The notes below the pieces were generated by a model. That model had not been told where the DNA came from, made no database searches, and worked only from the letters and a program-made list of their open reading frames with translations. 64,000 bases of DNA from Fimbriimonadia bacterium (lineage in GTDB: Bacteria > Armatimonadota > Fimbriimonadia > Fimbriimonadales > JABRVX01): NCBI GenBank assembly GCA_041483895.1, contig JBGPGO010000015.1, forward strand, positions 29,028-93,027, read 5' to 3'. Below are positions 48,152 to 58,032 of this stretch, one piece after another (within the stretch, counting starts at the first letter, position 1; every line of letters begins with the position of its first letter). The position numbers and the translations under genes are program-made.

Positions 48152-48710
48152 ATGTTCGAAGTGCGAAAGTCCGATCCGGAAAATCCCAGCGTGGCTCGGG
48201 GATGTCAAGATCAATTTTGTATGCGACTCTTGCAAGACGAAGGTGGCCGGACATTCGGCGCCACGCCGGACAACGCCTGCCGGACCGGCCATGAAAGAGC
48301 TCGAAGCCGAGTTGGGTCCGATTGCCGCGGTCGTTGGTGATATCGCGAAGCTGCTCAGCGACGACGTGGCAGCGCCGGAAAAGGTCGCTGTCGTCGAAGC
48401 GGCGGTTGTGGTAGAGAAAGCGCCCGAGCCCGCCGTAGTGGAGGCCAAAATCGAGGCCCCAGAAAAGAAAGCCGCAGCCCCAAAAACAGCTGAACCACAA
48501 GCCAAAATAGAATCGGCTCCAGCCAAAGCCGCACCGAAAGAAACCGCAAAGGCCGAGACCGCCAAAAAGGCCATAACGAAGGCGCCACCCGCGAAAGAAG
48601 CGCCAAAAAGAGAGGCTACCGGCAATCCGTTGGCAAAGGCGCTGGCAAAAGTTCTGGGTAAGGACAAGCAGGATACGAAAGCGAAGAAAGAGACCGCCAA
48701 GAAGAAGTAG
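48144..48710 (+). CDS. Zinc-ribbon protein with a Lys/Ala-rich histone-like tail
   Basis: CSKC..CDSC; C-terminal AKAAPKETAKAETAKK-type low complexity. Confidence 0.65.
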   Translation: MVRCSKCESPIRKIPAWLGDVKINFVCDSCKTKVAGHSAPRRTTPAGPAMKELEAELGPIAAVVGDIAKLLSDDVAAPEKVAVVEAAVVVEKAPEPAVVEAKIEAPEKKAAAPKTAEPQAKIESAPAKAAPKETAKAETAKKAITKAPPAKEAPKREATGNPLAKALAKVLGKDKQDTKAKKETAKKK

Positions 48711-48714
48711 GTCT

Positions 48715-49023
48715 CTACTTATCGGGCAGGTTGACGATAGTCTCGCCGTCTTTTACCCAACCTTGGCGGCGGGCTTCGGCCTCAACGCCCCCCGGTGTGT
48801 TCAGGCGCTTTTGGCGTTCGATCTGTTGCCGATTTCTTTCCTTTGCGGTCCCCAACTGCGTATCTAGCGATTGCATCTCCGCGCGCTGATCGGTCATCAG
48901 CTGCCACGGCTTTCGACCATGCCAAGCGACCGCGAACAGCGCAGCGCCCAGAGCAACGATAACGAACCAAACACCGATTCGAGATCTTCGCCTATTTCTT
49001 TTCACGCGGATCGGAAACCTCAC
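48715..49023 (-). CDS. Septum formation initiator (FtsB/DivIC-like)
   Basis: TM plus coiled coil plus GVEAEARRQGWVKDGE. Confidence 0.7.
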   Translation of the reverse strand: MRFPIRVKRNRRRSRIGVWFVIVALGAALFAVAWHGRKPWQLMTDQRAEMQSLDTQLGTAKERNRQQIERQKRLNTPGGVEAEARRQGWVKDGETIVNLPDK

Positions 49024-50410
49024 CGAACAGGATCAGGTTCGTGCGACCGGTAGACAGCGGCGCGATTCCCGCCGTAATCACCACACGATTCCCCCTGGTA
49101 AGATACCCGGCATCGAGCGCCGAAGTATAGGCCGTGTCAATCATGTCGTCAATCGTCTCATACGGGCGCGCCAATACCGGCTGCACGCCCCAAGAAACCG
49201 TCAGCTTGCCGAACGTCTCCGCCGTCGGGCAGACCGCGACGATCGGTATCGACGGCCGGAACCGGCTCACCATCCGCGCCGTCGCCCCGGATCGGGTAAA
49301 GCTGAGAATCGCGTCCACCCCCAACGTCTGAGCCAACTTCACCGCCGACTGCCCCACGGCCGCCGTGGTATCGGTCAGGGTCAGCTCATCGTCTATGCTG
49401 ACCCCCTCACCCATGATGTGCTCTTGCTCGGATCGAACCGCGATCTTCGCCATCGTTCGCACCACCAATGCCGGATGCTTGCCGATTGCCGTTTCTCCGG
49501 AAAGCATTACCGCATCCGAACCGTCCAAAATCGCGTTGGCCACATCCGTCACTTCAGCGCGCGTTGGCCGGTCATTTTCGATCATGCTCTCCAACATCTG
49601 CGTCGCCGTTATCGCGGGCTTGGCCCGCTGCAGGCAGCCGCGGATAATGCGTTTTTGCAAGTGCGGCACGTCTTCAAACGGCGCCTGCAGCCCCAAATCG
49701 CCCCGAGCAACCATCACTCCATCCGACGCTTCGATAATCTCGTCCAAATTATCAATCGCGGACGGAGTTTCGATCTTCGCCATCACGGCCGTCTTCTGGC
49801 CCGCCTTCGCGATCATGTCCTTAACAGTCTGAATATCCTTGGCGGTCCGGATAAAGGAGACAGCGATCCAGTCGACGCCCTCTTCCATCGCCCGGTGCAG
49901 ATCGTAAACATCCTGTGGGGTGACGGCGGCAATCGCAATGTCGCGTCCGATCAGCGTCACGCCCTGCCGCGTCCCAATCGTCCCGGCATCGACGACGCGA
50001 GCCGTTAGCGATCGATCGTCTTTTGCCGTGACTTCCAAACCCACTTGGCCGTCGCCAATCAGGATTCTGTCGCCAATTTGCGCGGCTTCATGGACTTCCG
50101 AAAGGGGAAATTCGATAGGTCCGTCCACAAGAGTAAGGCGAAGTTCCTGCCCCACGTCTACGGCAAGCGTCTCGCCCTCCACCTCGCCAAGCCGAAACTT
50201 CGGACCCGATAAATCAATCATGATCCCGATCGGGGTTGCGAGCTTTCGCGCAATCTCGCGCAGTTGCCGGATCCAGACAGTCTTCTCATCCCACGTGCCA
50301 TGGGAGCAACTGAGGCGAGCGACGTTCATGCCCGCGAGCGCCATCTCTTCCAGGATCTCCGGCGAGCTGCTGGCCGGTCCCAGCGTGCAGACGATTTTGG
50401 TCCTTCTCAT
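48992..50410 (-). CDS. pyk: Pyruvate kinase
   Basis: RRTKIVCTLGPAS, AKIET, MVARGDLG, TATQMLESM, RPTRAEVTDVANAILDG, MLSGETA. Confidence 0.97.
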   Translation of the reverse strand: MRRTKIVCTLGPASSSPEILEEMALAGMNVARLSCSHGTWDEKTVWIRQLREIARKLATPIGIMIDLSGPKFRLGEVEGETLAVDVGQELRLTLVDGPIEFPLSEVHEAAQIGDRILIGDGQVGLEVTAKDDRSLTARVVDAGTIGTRQGVTLIGRDIAIAAVTPQDVYDLHRAMEEGVDWIAVSFIRTAKDIQTVKDMIAKAGQKTAVMAKIETPSAIDNLDEIIEASDGVMVARGDLGLQAPFEDVPHLQKRIIRGCLQRAKPAITATQMLESMIENDRPTRAEVTDVANAILDGSDAVMLSGETAIGKHPALVVRTMAKIAVRSEQEHIMGEGVSIDDELTLTDTTAAVGQSAVKLAQTLGVDAILSFTRSGATARMVSRFRPSIPIVAVCPTAETFGKLTVSWGVQPVLARPYETIDDMIDTAYTSALDAGYLTRGNRVVITAGIAPLSTGRTNLILFGEVSDPREKK

Positions 50411-50458
50411 AAGTATCCAGTCACAATTCGCGTCCCCAAGCAATGAACCTGCCGCAGA

Positions 50459-52312
50459 TTACGCAACGGCTTCAATCAGCTCGAATCGGTTTTCGCCATC
50501 TTGTCCCAGCATTGCGATCTGCCCAACCAAACGCAACTCCGTGAATCGGGCCGCAAGCAGATCGGCGATGGCCTGCATCTGTTCGCGAGAAAGACCCACC
50601 AGGCAGCCGACCAATTCTCGCTCGCCGCCCAGCGAAGCAAATCCGTGGGACCGAAACGCCTCCGCCACCGCCCGGCCGACCGCCTCGAATCGTTCGTCAT
50701 CCGAATCGTCCACAACAAATCGCGAAATGCCCAGCAATTCAGGAGTTCCGTCAATCTGCTCCTTTAGCCGCTCGCTGAACTCCTTGTATGAGTAGAGACC
50801 GGTCGCCCCTTCCAGTCGAACCACCGCAAACGGCCGCTCCCGAATCGATGCCAGTTCCAGCGCCCGGGCGATGGGAGCCGACAGCCGGAGCAAAATGCCT
50901 CGCTCCGTTGCGCCAAACATATCCGGCGACGCATGCGCCGCAACGACGGCGCCCACTGCCTTGCCACCGGAGGACAGCGGAACGCCGAGCACGGATCTCA
51001 TTCGTATCCGCAGAACCTTTTCTCGGGACAGGGCCGGCTCCGCGGTAATGTCCGGGATCCGCCACGGCTCGTCGGCAGCCGCCCATGTGCGAAACGCCGC
51101 TCCATCCAGCCCCATCGCTTCCAGCGGCTCCAGCGGTCGCCCGCGCTCCCCAACCTTCACCGGCATTCCCGCCCAATCCAACATCCATACCGACAAGTGG
51201 TCGGCGTCGGCAAATCGGTGGAGGAGGTCAATGGCCTTGCGCGCCACAACAGACATACCGTCCGCGGTCACCGCCAAATCCGAAGCCTGCAAGCGCGCCT
51301 CGGCAAAGTCCAGCTTGTATTGCATCGCTTCATGGCGCAACAGATGCGAAATCGGCGCAGTGATTCGGGCCAAGGCGTCGTCCACGCGTTGAAGCGGTTT
51401 GGTCTTCCCTGCCGGCCGTAACGTCAGAACGCCAAGTATCCGAGCGCCCTCTCGCAGCAGATGTTCCTGATGCACCTTCGCGCCGCCCGCCAGCCCCTGT
51501 TCGGCGATAATTGACCCGTGCACCGCGAGAGATTTCGCCACCGCGGTCACATTCGCCATCGGCACCCGCTCCTGCTTCAGGTGGCAGTTGCCAAAGCAGG
51601 ACCGGACCGTCACCATCTGATTCTGTGGGTCGGGAAGCCAAAGCGTCGCCCCCGCCGCGCCGGTCACCTCAACCACCGCCTCCATCAGCTTGTCCAAAGG
51701 CCTGTCGGAAGCCAACGCCGCGGAGGAGAACCGAAGAGACAGGTCAGTCTCGTCATAGGCGCCCTTAAGCTGCTTGTAAAGTGCCACAAGTTCCCGATAC
51801 CCGCGCCGGGCGGCCCTCTCAGCGTCCCGCGCCGATCGCAGACCCTCCTCATCGACAATCACTTCTGGCTCCACTTCCTCCTCGGTGGGCCGGTCGCGCC
51901 CAACCATCCCGATCAGCGGCAGCCCGATGGCAGCGGCGATGAGCGCCACGGGGATTTCATTGCGAATCAGCACGATGACCACCGTGGCGGCCACCACGAT
52001 AGCGGCAGACAGGCCGACCCGGATTGCCTGCAGGCGAGATTCCGTCCCACCCAATGTGATTGCCGGCGCCGCCAGCCAGACGAACTCCGCCTTCCCCACC
52101 TCGCAGAAAATCACGGTGGATGCGAAGGCCAGCTCCAGATACGAAGCGACAACCCGGCCCGGCGACCCCGCCCGCTTCTCAAAAACGTACGAAAAGAACA
52201 CAACGGCGGATGCCAGGCCCGAAAGCTGCCCGACCATCGCCAGAGGCATCCCGGACCGGTAGGCCCAGCCCAGCCCGGCCAGGTAAATCGAAAGGCGAAA
52301 CAGTGGATGCAT
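50459..52312 (-). CDS. Membrane protein with GAF domains (sensor-like; possible degenerate GGDEF tail)
   Basis: N-terminal TMs; RSVLGVPL..G.AVGAV GAF pattern; ATGLYSY followed by a degenerate SLGGERE. Confidence 0.6.
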   Translation of the reverse strand: MHPLFRLSIYLAGLGWAYRSGMPLAMVGQLSGLASAVVFFSYVFEKRAGSPGRVVASYLELAFASTVIFCEVGKAEFVWLAAPAITLGGTESRLQAIRVGLSAAIVVAATVVIVLIRNEIPVALIAAAIGLPLIGMVGRDRPTEEEVEPEVIVDEEGLRSARDAERAARRGYRELVALYKQLKGAYDETDLSLRFSSAALASDRPLDKLMEAVVEVTGAAGATLWLPDPQNQMVTVRSCFGNCHLKQERVPMANVTAVAKSLAVHGSIIAEQGLAGGAKVHQEHLLREGARILGVLTLRPAGKTKPLQRVDDALARITAPISHLLRHEAMQYKLDFAEARLQASDLAVTADGMSVVARKAIDLLHRFADADHLSVWMLDWAGMPVKVGERGRPLEPLEAMGLDGAAFRTWAAADEPWRIPDITAEPALSREKVLRIRMRSVLGVPLSSGGKAVGAVVAAHASPDMFGATERGILLRLSAPIARALELASIRERPFAVVRLEGATGLYSYKEFSERLKEQIDGTPELLGISRFVVDDSDDERFEAVGRAVAEAFRSHGFASLGGERELVGCLVGLSREQMQAIADLLAARFTELRLVGQIAMLGQDGENRFELIEAVA

Positions 52313-52374
52313 CGCGGAAATTGTCGGTATTTGGCCCGCAACCGCCTATATCGTAGAGATTTGTCTGTATAAAC

Positions 52375-52403
52375 TTGACATGCCAATTGAACCTGTGTAT
52401 ACT
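52375..52403 (+). promoter_or_regulatory. Near-consensus sigma70 promoter
   Basis: TTGACA-17nt-TATACT, flanked by a TTGTCT/AGACAA inverted repeat. Confidence 0.7.
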
Positions 52404-52431
52404 TAGACAACGCCAAAGGCGGAGCGACTGA

Positions 52432-52809
52432 TTGGTTAACCAAAAAACCAGAGCCGTAACGTTCGCCCATCGTAGCGAAGAGCAGTTCGCAAGGCTGCTC
52501 GATTACTACTGTCTACGATGGGAATACGAGCCGCAAGTTTTCGTCCTCGAATGGGATGACGAAGGCAACATCAAAGAGTCCTTCGCGCCCGATTTCTTCC
52601 TCCCCGACTATGGCTACTACATCGAACTCACCACGCGCCGCAAGAACCTCGTGGCCCGCAAGCGCCGAAAAATCGACCGCGCCAAAGAGCTGTACCCGGA
52701 AATCAACATCAAGCTGTTCCACCCGGGCGATTTCGCGAAGCTGATGATGAAGTACGAAGCCCATTCGCCCGAACCGGCCGAAGCCCCGAAAAAGAAACGC
52801 ACCGGCTAA
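52432..52809 (+). CDS. Small PD-(D/E)XK-fold nuclease-like protein
   Basis: SEEQFARLLD..WEYEP..FAPDFFLP..YIELTT. Confidence 0.6.
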   Translation: MVNQKTRAVTFAHRSEEQFARLLDYYCLRWEYEPQVFVLEWDDEGNIKESFAPDFFLPDYGYYIELTTRRKNLVARKRRKIDRAKELYPEINIKLFHPGDFAKLMMKYEAHSPEPAEAPKKKRTG

Positions 52810-52814
52810 GCGCG

Positions 52815-53924
52815 ATGGGCTGGATATCCTTTGACCTGCAAGCAACGAACGGACGCGCCCGTGCCGGTACCCTCCACACGTCCCACGGCGACGTAGAAAC
52901 TCCGGCCTTCATGCCCGTCGGAACCCAAGCCAGTGTCAAAACGCTTACGCAGGACGACCTGGCCCAAATCGGCTACCGACTGGTGCTCTCCAATACCTAC
53001 CACCTGTTCCTCCGCCCCGGCGTGGACCTGATCGAGAGCGCCGGCGGGCTTCATAGGTTCATGGCGTGGGACGGCGCCCTCCTCACCGACAGCGGCGGAT
53101 ACCAGGTGATGAGCCTGTGCGAGTTCCGGAAGCTATCCGACGAGGGAGTGCTGTTCCAATCCCATCTGGACGGGACACAGCATCTGCTCACCCCGGAACT
53201 GGCGACCCGCGTCCAGGGCCGTTACGGCGTCGATATCTCGATGGCGCTGGACGAATGTCCCCCTTTTCCCGCATCCAAGGAACAGGTGGCAGAGGCCGTT
53301 CGCCGGACGACCCACTGGGCCTCCCGATGCCTGGAGGCCGCAAGCGAAGGCCAATCCCTGTTCGGCATCGTCCAAGGTGGGGTCCATGAAGACCTGAGAC
53401 AAAAGAGCCTCGAAGAGGTCACTTCCCTGCCCTTTGACGGCTTTGCAATCGGCGGCGTCTCCGTCGGCGAGCCGACGGAGCTGCAACGCCCCATCGTCCA
53501 AGACTTCGCCCCGCTGCTGCCGGAAAGCAAACCGCGCTATCTGATGGGGGTTGGCCAGCCTGCGGACATACTCCACGCCATTCACGCGGGGATAGACATG
53601 TTCGACTGCGTGCTTCCCACCCGCGGCGCGCGCCACAACGTCCTCTACACGGCCAAAGGCCGCTTCGATATCACCGGGTTGGCCTTTGAGTCGGAGTTCG
53701 GCCCTCCAGACCCGGATTGCGACTGCGCGGTCTGCTCCCAGTACTCCGCCGCCTACATCAGGCACCTCGTCCGCATGAAGGAACCAACGGGTCTGCGACT
53801 GTTGACCTATCACAACTTAGCCTATTATCGCCGACTGGTCCGCCAGGCACGAGAGGCCATCGAAGGCGGCCGATGGGAGACATTTCTGCGGGATTCCCTC
53901 CAAAATTTGGGAGAAAGCGGCTAG
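52815..53924 (+). CDS. tgt: Queuine tRNA-ribosyltransferase
   Basis: TPAFMPVGT, NTYHL, LTDSGGYQV, FGIVQGG, PRYLMGVG, DMFDCVLPTR, CDCAVC..H. Confidence 0.97.
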   Translation: MGWISFDLQATNGRARAGTLHTSHGDVETPAFMPVGTQASVKTLTQDDLAQIGYRLVLSNTYHLFLRPGVDLIESAGGLHRFMAWDGALLTDSGGYQVMSLCEFRKLSDEGVLFQSHLDGTQHLLTPELATRVQGRYGVDISMALDECPPFPASKEQVAEAVRRTTHWASRCLEAASEGQSLFGIVQGGVHEDLRQKSLEEVTSLPFDGFAIGGVSVGEPTELQRPIVQDFAPLLPESKPRYLMGVGQPADILHAIHAGIDMFDCVLPTRGARHNVLYTAKGRFDITGLAFESEFGPPDPDCDCAVCSQYSAAYIRHLVRMKEPTGLRLLTYHNLAYYRRLVRQAREAIEGGRWETFLRDSLQNLGESG

Positions 53925-53938
53925 AATCTGCTTCGCAT

Positions 53939-54625
53939 ATGCCAACAACGAAAACACAAACACAACTGATCACCCTCAAAGAGATCCGCAACGACCCCAA
54001 AATTCGCGCGTACATCGAAGGCGCGAACAATCTACTGGAAGCCATGGGCTACACCGAACATGGCCACCGCCACGCTGGGATCGTATCGTCCATCACCCGC
54101 TATATTTTGGAGGGCGTCGGGACGGACCCACGCCACATCGAAATTGCCTCCATCGCCGGATATATGCACGACATCGGAAACGTGGTCAACCGCGTGATGC
54201 ACCCGGTTATCGGCGCAAGCCTGGCGTTCCACATCCTGGATGAGTTGAACATGGAAGCCACTGAGATCGCGCTCATCGTGGGCGCCATCGGCAATCATGA
54301 GGAGGCTGATGGCACGCCGTTCAACCACATCACCGCGGCCCTCGTCATCGCGGACAAGTCGGATGTGCATTTTTCCCGCGTCCAAAATCCCGTGCCGTCG
54401 ACCTTCGATATCCACGACCGGGTCAACTTCGCCGTCCAGCGCTCCCGCGTCAATTTAGATGCCGACAACCGTACGATCGAACTGGAGTTGCACGTGGATA
54501 CAAACGTCGCCACGCTGATGGAGTATTTCGAGATCTTCCTGCAGCGCATGGTGATGTGCCGCCATTCCGCAGACCGATTGGGCTACAAATTCCGGCTGAA
54601 CTGCAACGGGACGTTTCTTGAATGA
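53939..54625 (+). CDS. HD-domain phosphohydrolase
   Basis: GYTEHG, YMHDIGN, AIGNHEE, IADKSDV, FDIHDRVN. Confidence 0.85.
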   Translation: MPTTKTQTQLITLKEIRNDPKIRAYIEGANNLLEAMGYTEHGHRHAGIVSSITRYILEGVGTDPRHIEIASIAGYMHDIGNVVNRVMHPVIGASLAFHILDELNMEATEIALIVGAIGNHEEADGTPFNHITAALVIADKSDVHFSRVQNPVPSTFDIHDRVNFAVQRSRVNLDADNRTIELELHVDTNVATLMEYFEIFLQRMVMCRHSADRLGYKFRLNCNGTFLE

Positions 54626-55224
54626 TCGCGGCCATCGCGGTCGCATTCGCGCTCACAGCTCCCATCCGCCATGTTGGCGACACGTTCCAAGTGTCGTTTC
54701 AAAGCCCGTCTGCCCGCGCCCGGCTGCAGGTGCTTTCCGGCGCAGATGTCGTGAATGGGCCGAATCGCACGAACACCGGATGGACGTGGATCATCCGCGC
54801 GACCGGCGGACCCTGCGAGGTCGCCGCCCACTTCGAGGAACCGTTCGATGTCGTCTTTGAGGAGTTTCCGGTCTCTTTGGACAAGAAGAACTCCGATGGT
54901 TTCGTCCATACCACGTTTGGCCTGGGTTACGGTTCGAGCGCACCAATGCTGGTGGTCGTCGGCAACGGTTGGGGAGCGCCTTCGCATCAGTTCCGATTTG
55001 CGCCAACGTATGAATATGTGACCCCGGGATACTCGCATTATGCGGGCGAATTGGGTGGCATCTGGCGCGCGCATCTGATCGTCGAAGATGGCTTCGTCGA
55101 GCTATGGCTTACCAACCTCTACGACACGACAATCGAAGAGATCAACCTGTTCGGTTCGGCGCGCCAACTCCCGAAAAGCACCGCACGCGGCACGACCTAC
55201 AAAATTCGGGCGTACTTGCCTTAA
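54622..55224 (+). CDS. Hypothetical secreted protein
   Basis: Signal peptide; ATGA overlap with the HD gene. Confidence 0.55.
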   Translation: MIAAIAVAFALTAPIRHVGDTFQVSFQSPSARARLQVLSGADVVNGPNRTNTGWTWIIRATGGPCEVAAHFEEPFDVVFEEFPVSLDKKNSDGFVHTTFGLGYGSSAPMLVVVGNGWGAPSHQFRFAPTYEYVTPGYSHYAGELGGIWRAHLIVEDGFVELWLTNLYDTTIEEINLFGSARQLPKSTARGTTYKIRAYLP

Positions 55225-55299
55225 ACACCTGTGGCCCGGCATCCCTGCCGAGCCACAGCCTTGACCGTGCCGCGAGCGGGCCGTCAAACTCATCCGCAA

Positions 55300-55713
55300 C
55301 TACTTCTCGCCTCCATCCTCGTCGCCCTTCGGCCTCGGCGGCGCCGGCGGATGCAAACGCAATGTCCCTTCAACCTTGAATGAGGTCGTGTTTATTTTGT
55401 GAACCACATCGCCGGTCAGCACGTAAAGCGTCTTTCCATCGACCTGCATGGCCGCCCCGCCGCCGCCGACCATCATCGGCATAAACTGGGGCGGCATGCC
55501 GGGTGGGAATCCACCCGGTCCTTGCGGGCCGAATCCGCCCGGTCCCTGCGGGCCAAACCCGCCCGGTCCCGGCTGCCCGGGAGCAAATCCCTGCTGTGGC
55601 TGCCGCGGGTCCTGACCCGGCTGTTGCGATGTCTTCGCAAAAACGACGCCCCCGATCACCAACGACGTAACAATCAGTACTGCGTAAATTCGTTTCAAGC
55701 TAACTGCCTCCAT
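55300..55713 (-). CDS. Small secreted protein with GPGGFGPQ repeats
   Basis: Hydrophobic N-terminus; tandem 24-bp repeats encoding GPGGF(G/P)P. Confidence 0.6.
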   Translation of the reverse strand: MEAVSLKRIYAVLIVTSLVIGGVVFAKTSQQPGQDPRQPQQGFAPGQPGPGGFGPQGPGGFGPQGPGGFPPGMPPQFMPMMVGGGGAAMQVDGKTLYVLTGDVVHKINTTSFKVEGTLRLHPPAPPRPKGDEDGGEK

Positions 55714-55781
55714 GTGCGTACGATTAACCAAGGGACGATGCCAGAAGGTGAAAAGTTCACGGAAGTCGAAGTGTATTCACC

Positions 55782-56921
55782 ATGCACAGTCAACAGCCCG
55801 GTCCGGGCGCCCTCTCAAACCTCGTCTATCGCCGCAAGGCCCGAACCCGCCGCTTCTCGAGCTGGGACCAGACCGGCGGCAATCGAGACTACTGGACCAT
55901 CCCCGCCGGCCAGTCCCGCACATTGGCAGAAATCAGCGTCCCCGGCTGCATCCGCCATATCTGGATCACTGTCGGGACGGAGAACCGGCAGTACCTCCGG
56001 AAGATGGTGCTGCGCGCATATTGGAATGGCGAAGACAGTCCGAGCATCCATTGCCCGTTGGGAGACTTTTTCTGCCTCGGCCACGGCATCGCACGCACGT
56101 TTTCTTGCATGCCGTTTGCCTGCGTAACCCCCGAGGAAAATAACGGAAAGTTTGGGGGCGGCACGGCGCTCAACTGCTATTTCGCTATGCCGTTCCACAA
56201 GGGTGCCCGGCTGGAAATCGTCAACGAATGCGAGGAAGAGGTGGGCTCCTTCTATTACTATGTTGACTATGAAGAGTGCGAGGTCCCGGAAGATGCCCTG
56301 CTGTTCCACGCGCATTACCGGCAGGAAATGCCAACCAAGGGCACGCGCGGCGATTTGAGCGCCGCCGGCACGAACTACTGGGACCTGATGGCGGAACCCA
56401 ACATCGGCGGAGAAGACAACTATCTGATTCTGGAGACCGAAGGCGCGGGACACTTTGTCGGCTGCAACATAAGCGTCGACAACATCGATCCCATGGTGTC
56501 CAAGAAGAAGGTCGGCGGCAAGGAGGTTCACGCGCACGAGCTGACCTGGTGGGGCGAGGGGGACGATATGTTCTTCATCGACGGCGAAAAGTGGCCGCCC
56601 AGCCTGCACGGCACCGGTTCAGAAGACTATTTCTCGCAGGCCTGGGGGATGCACCCGTACGCCTTCCCCTACTCGGGCACGAGCATCCCGGAGACCGACC
56701 CGCTGTTCAAGGATCGGAACATGTGCACCTCGTATCGGTTCCATGTCGAGGACCCAATCTGCTTCGAAAAGAGCCTTCGCTTCAGCATGGAACACGGGCA
56801 TGCCAACCTGCAGGAGAACGACTACTCCAGCGTCGCTTATTGGTACCAGACCCAGCGATCGCGGCCACTTCCCGGCCTGCCTCCGGTCCAGGAACGGATT
56901 CCCCGCTCCCAACGACGCTAG
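55782..56921 (+). CDS. DUF2961 / GH172-family protein, cytoplasmic
   Basis: SSWDQTGGNRD, IRHIWIT, PLGDFF, NCYFAMPF, WWGEGDD, HGTGSEDYF, EHGHAN. Confidence 0.88.
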   Translation: MHSQQPGPGALSNLVYRRKARTRRFSSWDQTGGNRDYWTIPAGQSRTLAEISVPGCIRHIWITVGTENRQYLRKMVLRAYWNGEDSPSIHCPLGDFFCLGHGIARTFSCMPFACVTPEENNGKFGGGTALNCYFAMPFHKGARLEIVNECEEEVGSFYYYVDYEECEVPEDALLFHAHYRQEMPTKGTRGDLSAAGTNYWDLMAEPNIGGEDNYLILETEGAGHFVGCNISVDNIDPMVSKKKVGGKEVHAHELTWWGEGDDMFFIDGEKWPPSLHGTGSEDYFSQAWGMHPYAFPYSGTSIPETDPLFKDRNMCTSYRFHVEDPICFEKSLRFSMEHGHANLQENDYSSVAYWYQTQRSRPLPGLPPVQERIPRSQRR

Positions 56922-56974
56922 CGCAGTCATTCCGAAGCGTAGCGAGGAATCCCTTGTGTGTTATTCTTATCCCG

Positions 56975-57140
56975 AAATCTAGTCACTAGGAACCCGGCCT
57001 CGATCTGTGCTCGAAGGAATCCCTGGCAGCCAGTTCCGGGTTGAAAGATTGAGCCCGAGGCCGGGGGTGTCCGTTCGAGGGACAGCATTGTGAGACCCGG
57101 CTGAAAAAATGCCGGTGCTCTCGTACACAAGGTAATTTGA
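56975..57140 (+). ncRNA. Putative IS110 bridge RNA in the left non-coding end (boundaries approximate)
   Basis: Stem 56993-57002/57056-57065 encloses AGGAATCCCT (= left target flank) and TTCCGGG (about the reverse complement of CTCGGAA); a second loop has ACAGCATT and ACACAAG (= reverse complement of CTTGTGT, the element left end). Confidence 0.7.
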
Positions 57141-57174
57141 GGATACCCAATTGGTGACGGAAACGGGGTTTTTC

Positions 57175-58032
57175 ATGAAAGTCTTTCTCGGTATCGACAT
57201 TTCCAAAGCCACCTTTGCGGCCGCCGCACACAAGGATGCGGAGCTGTTGATGGAGGCCACGGGAAGCTACTATTTTCTCCTTGCCGATATGGCCTTTTCG
57301 ATGGGGATTTCGGTGTTTGTGGTCAATCCGAGGTTTGCCAAGCGGTACCGCGAATTCTGTTCCCCTCGGGCCAAGACGGACCGCGTGGACGCCACTGCGC
57401 TCGCCCGCATGCTCGAACGGGAGCGCGACGATCTTAGGGCCTATCGGCCGCTTCCGCCCTCCGTTCGCATCATGATCTCCATGCTGCGCCGGCGCCACCG
57501 AGTGATTCAGGGCAAGCAGAAGATCGTCATGAGCCTTGGAAGCGAGCCGGCTTTCAAAAAGGATGTCAAAGCGATTACCGCACGGCTTGACGCCATGCTC
57601 AAAGGGATGGAGCAGAAGATCGAGGAGTTGGCAAAGGAGCTGCCGGGATACAAGAACCTGATGAGCATCAAAGGTATCGGCCTGCTGTCGGCCGCCTCGC
57701 TGATCGGCTGTTTCGAGCGCGGAGAGTTCAAAACGGCGGACGCTCTGGTCGCCTATCTGGGGCTAGACACCAAAGCCTGTGATTCCAGTCAGAAGAAAGG
57801 GAAACGGCGCCTGTCGAAGGCGGGAGACGCGTGCACGCGCGGCATTTTGTACATGGCCGCCAAGTCCGCGTCCCAAACCGCGGAGTTTCGAGACTATTAC
57901 CAAAGCCTGAAATCCCGAGGCCTCAAAGCGACTGAGGCCCTCGTCGTCCTGATGAGAAAACTGGTCCGCATCGCCTGGGCGCTCTATACCTATAACCGAA
58001 CTTTCGAGCCAAAAGTCGTAGAAGGCTATTGA
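57175..58032 (+). CDS. IS110-family DEDD transposase/recombinase, N-terminal domain shortened
   Basis: LGIDISK, MEATG, VVNP, KTDRVDA, SIKGIG, AYLGL..DSS, RRLSKAG, MRKL. Confidence 0.88.
   Translation: MKVFLGIDISKATFAAAAHKDAELLMEATGSYYFLLADMAFSMGISVFVVNPRFAKRYREFCSPRAKTDRVDATALARMLERERDDLRAYRPLPPSVRIMISMLRRRHRVIQGKQKIVMSLGSEPAFKKDVKAITARLDAMLKGMEQKIEELAKELPGYKNLMSIKGIGLLSAASLIGCFERGEFKTADALVAYLGLDTKACDSSQKKGKRRLSKAGDACTRGILYMAAKSASQTAEFRDYYQSLKSRGLKATEALVVLMRKLVRIAWALYTYNRTFEPKVVEGY

Noticed and set aside
52815..53924. tgt as a DpdA-type DNA-modification gene
   Set aside because: The sequence has canonical bacterial tRNA-guanine transglycosylase motifs and no dpd neighbours
55500..55580. 24-bp tandem repeats as a DNA-level element
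   Set aside because: Synonymous variation among units indicates selection on the GPGGFGPQ peptide, i.e. ordinary low-complexity coding
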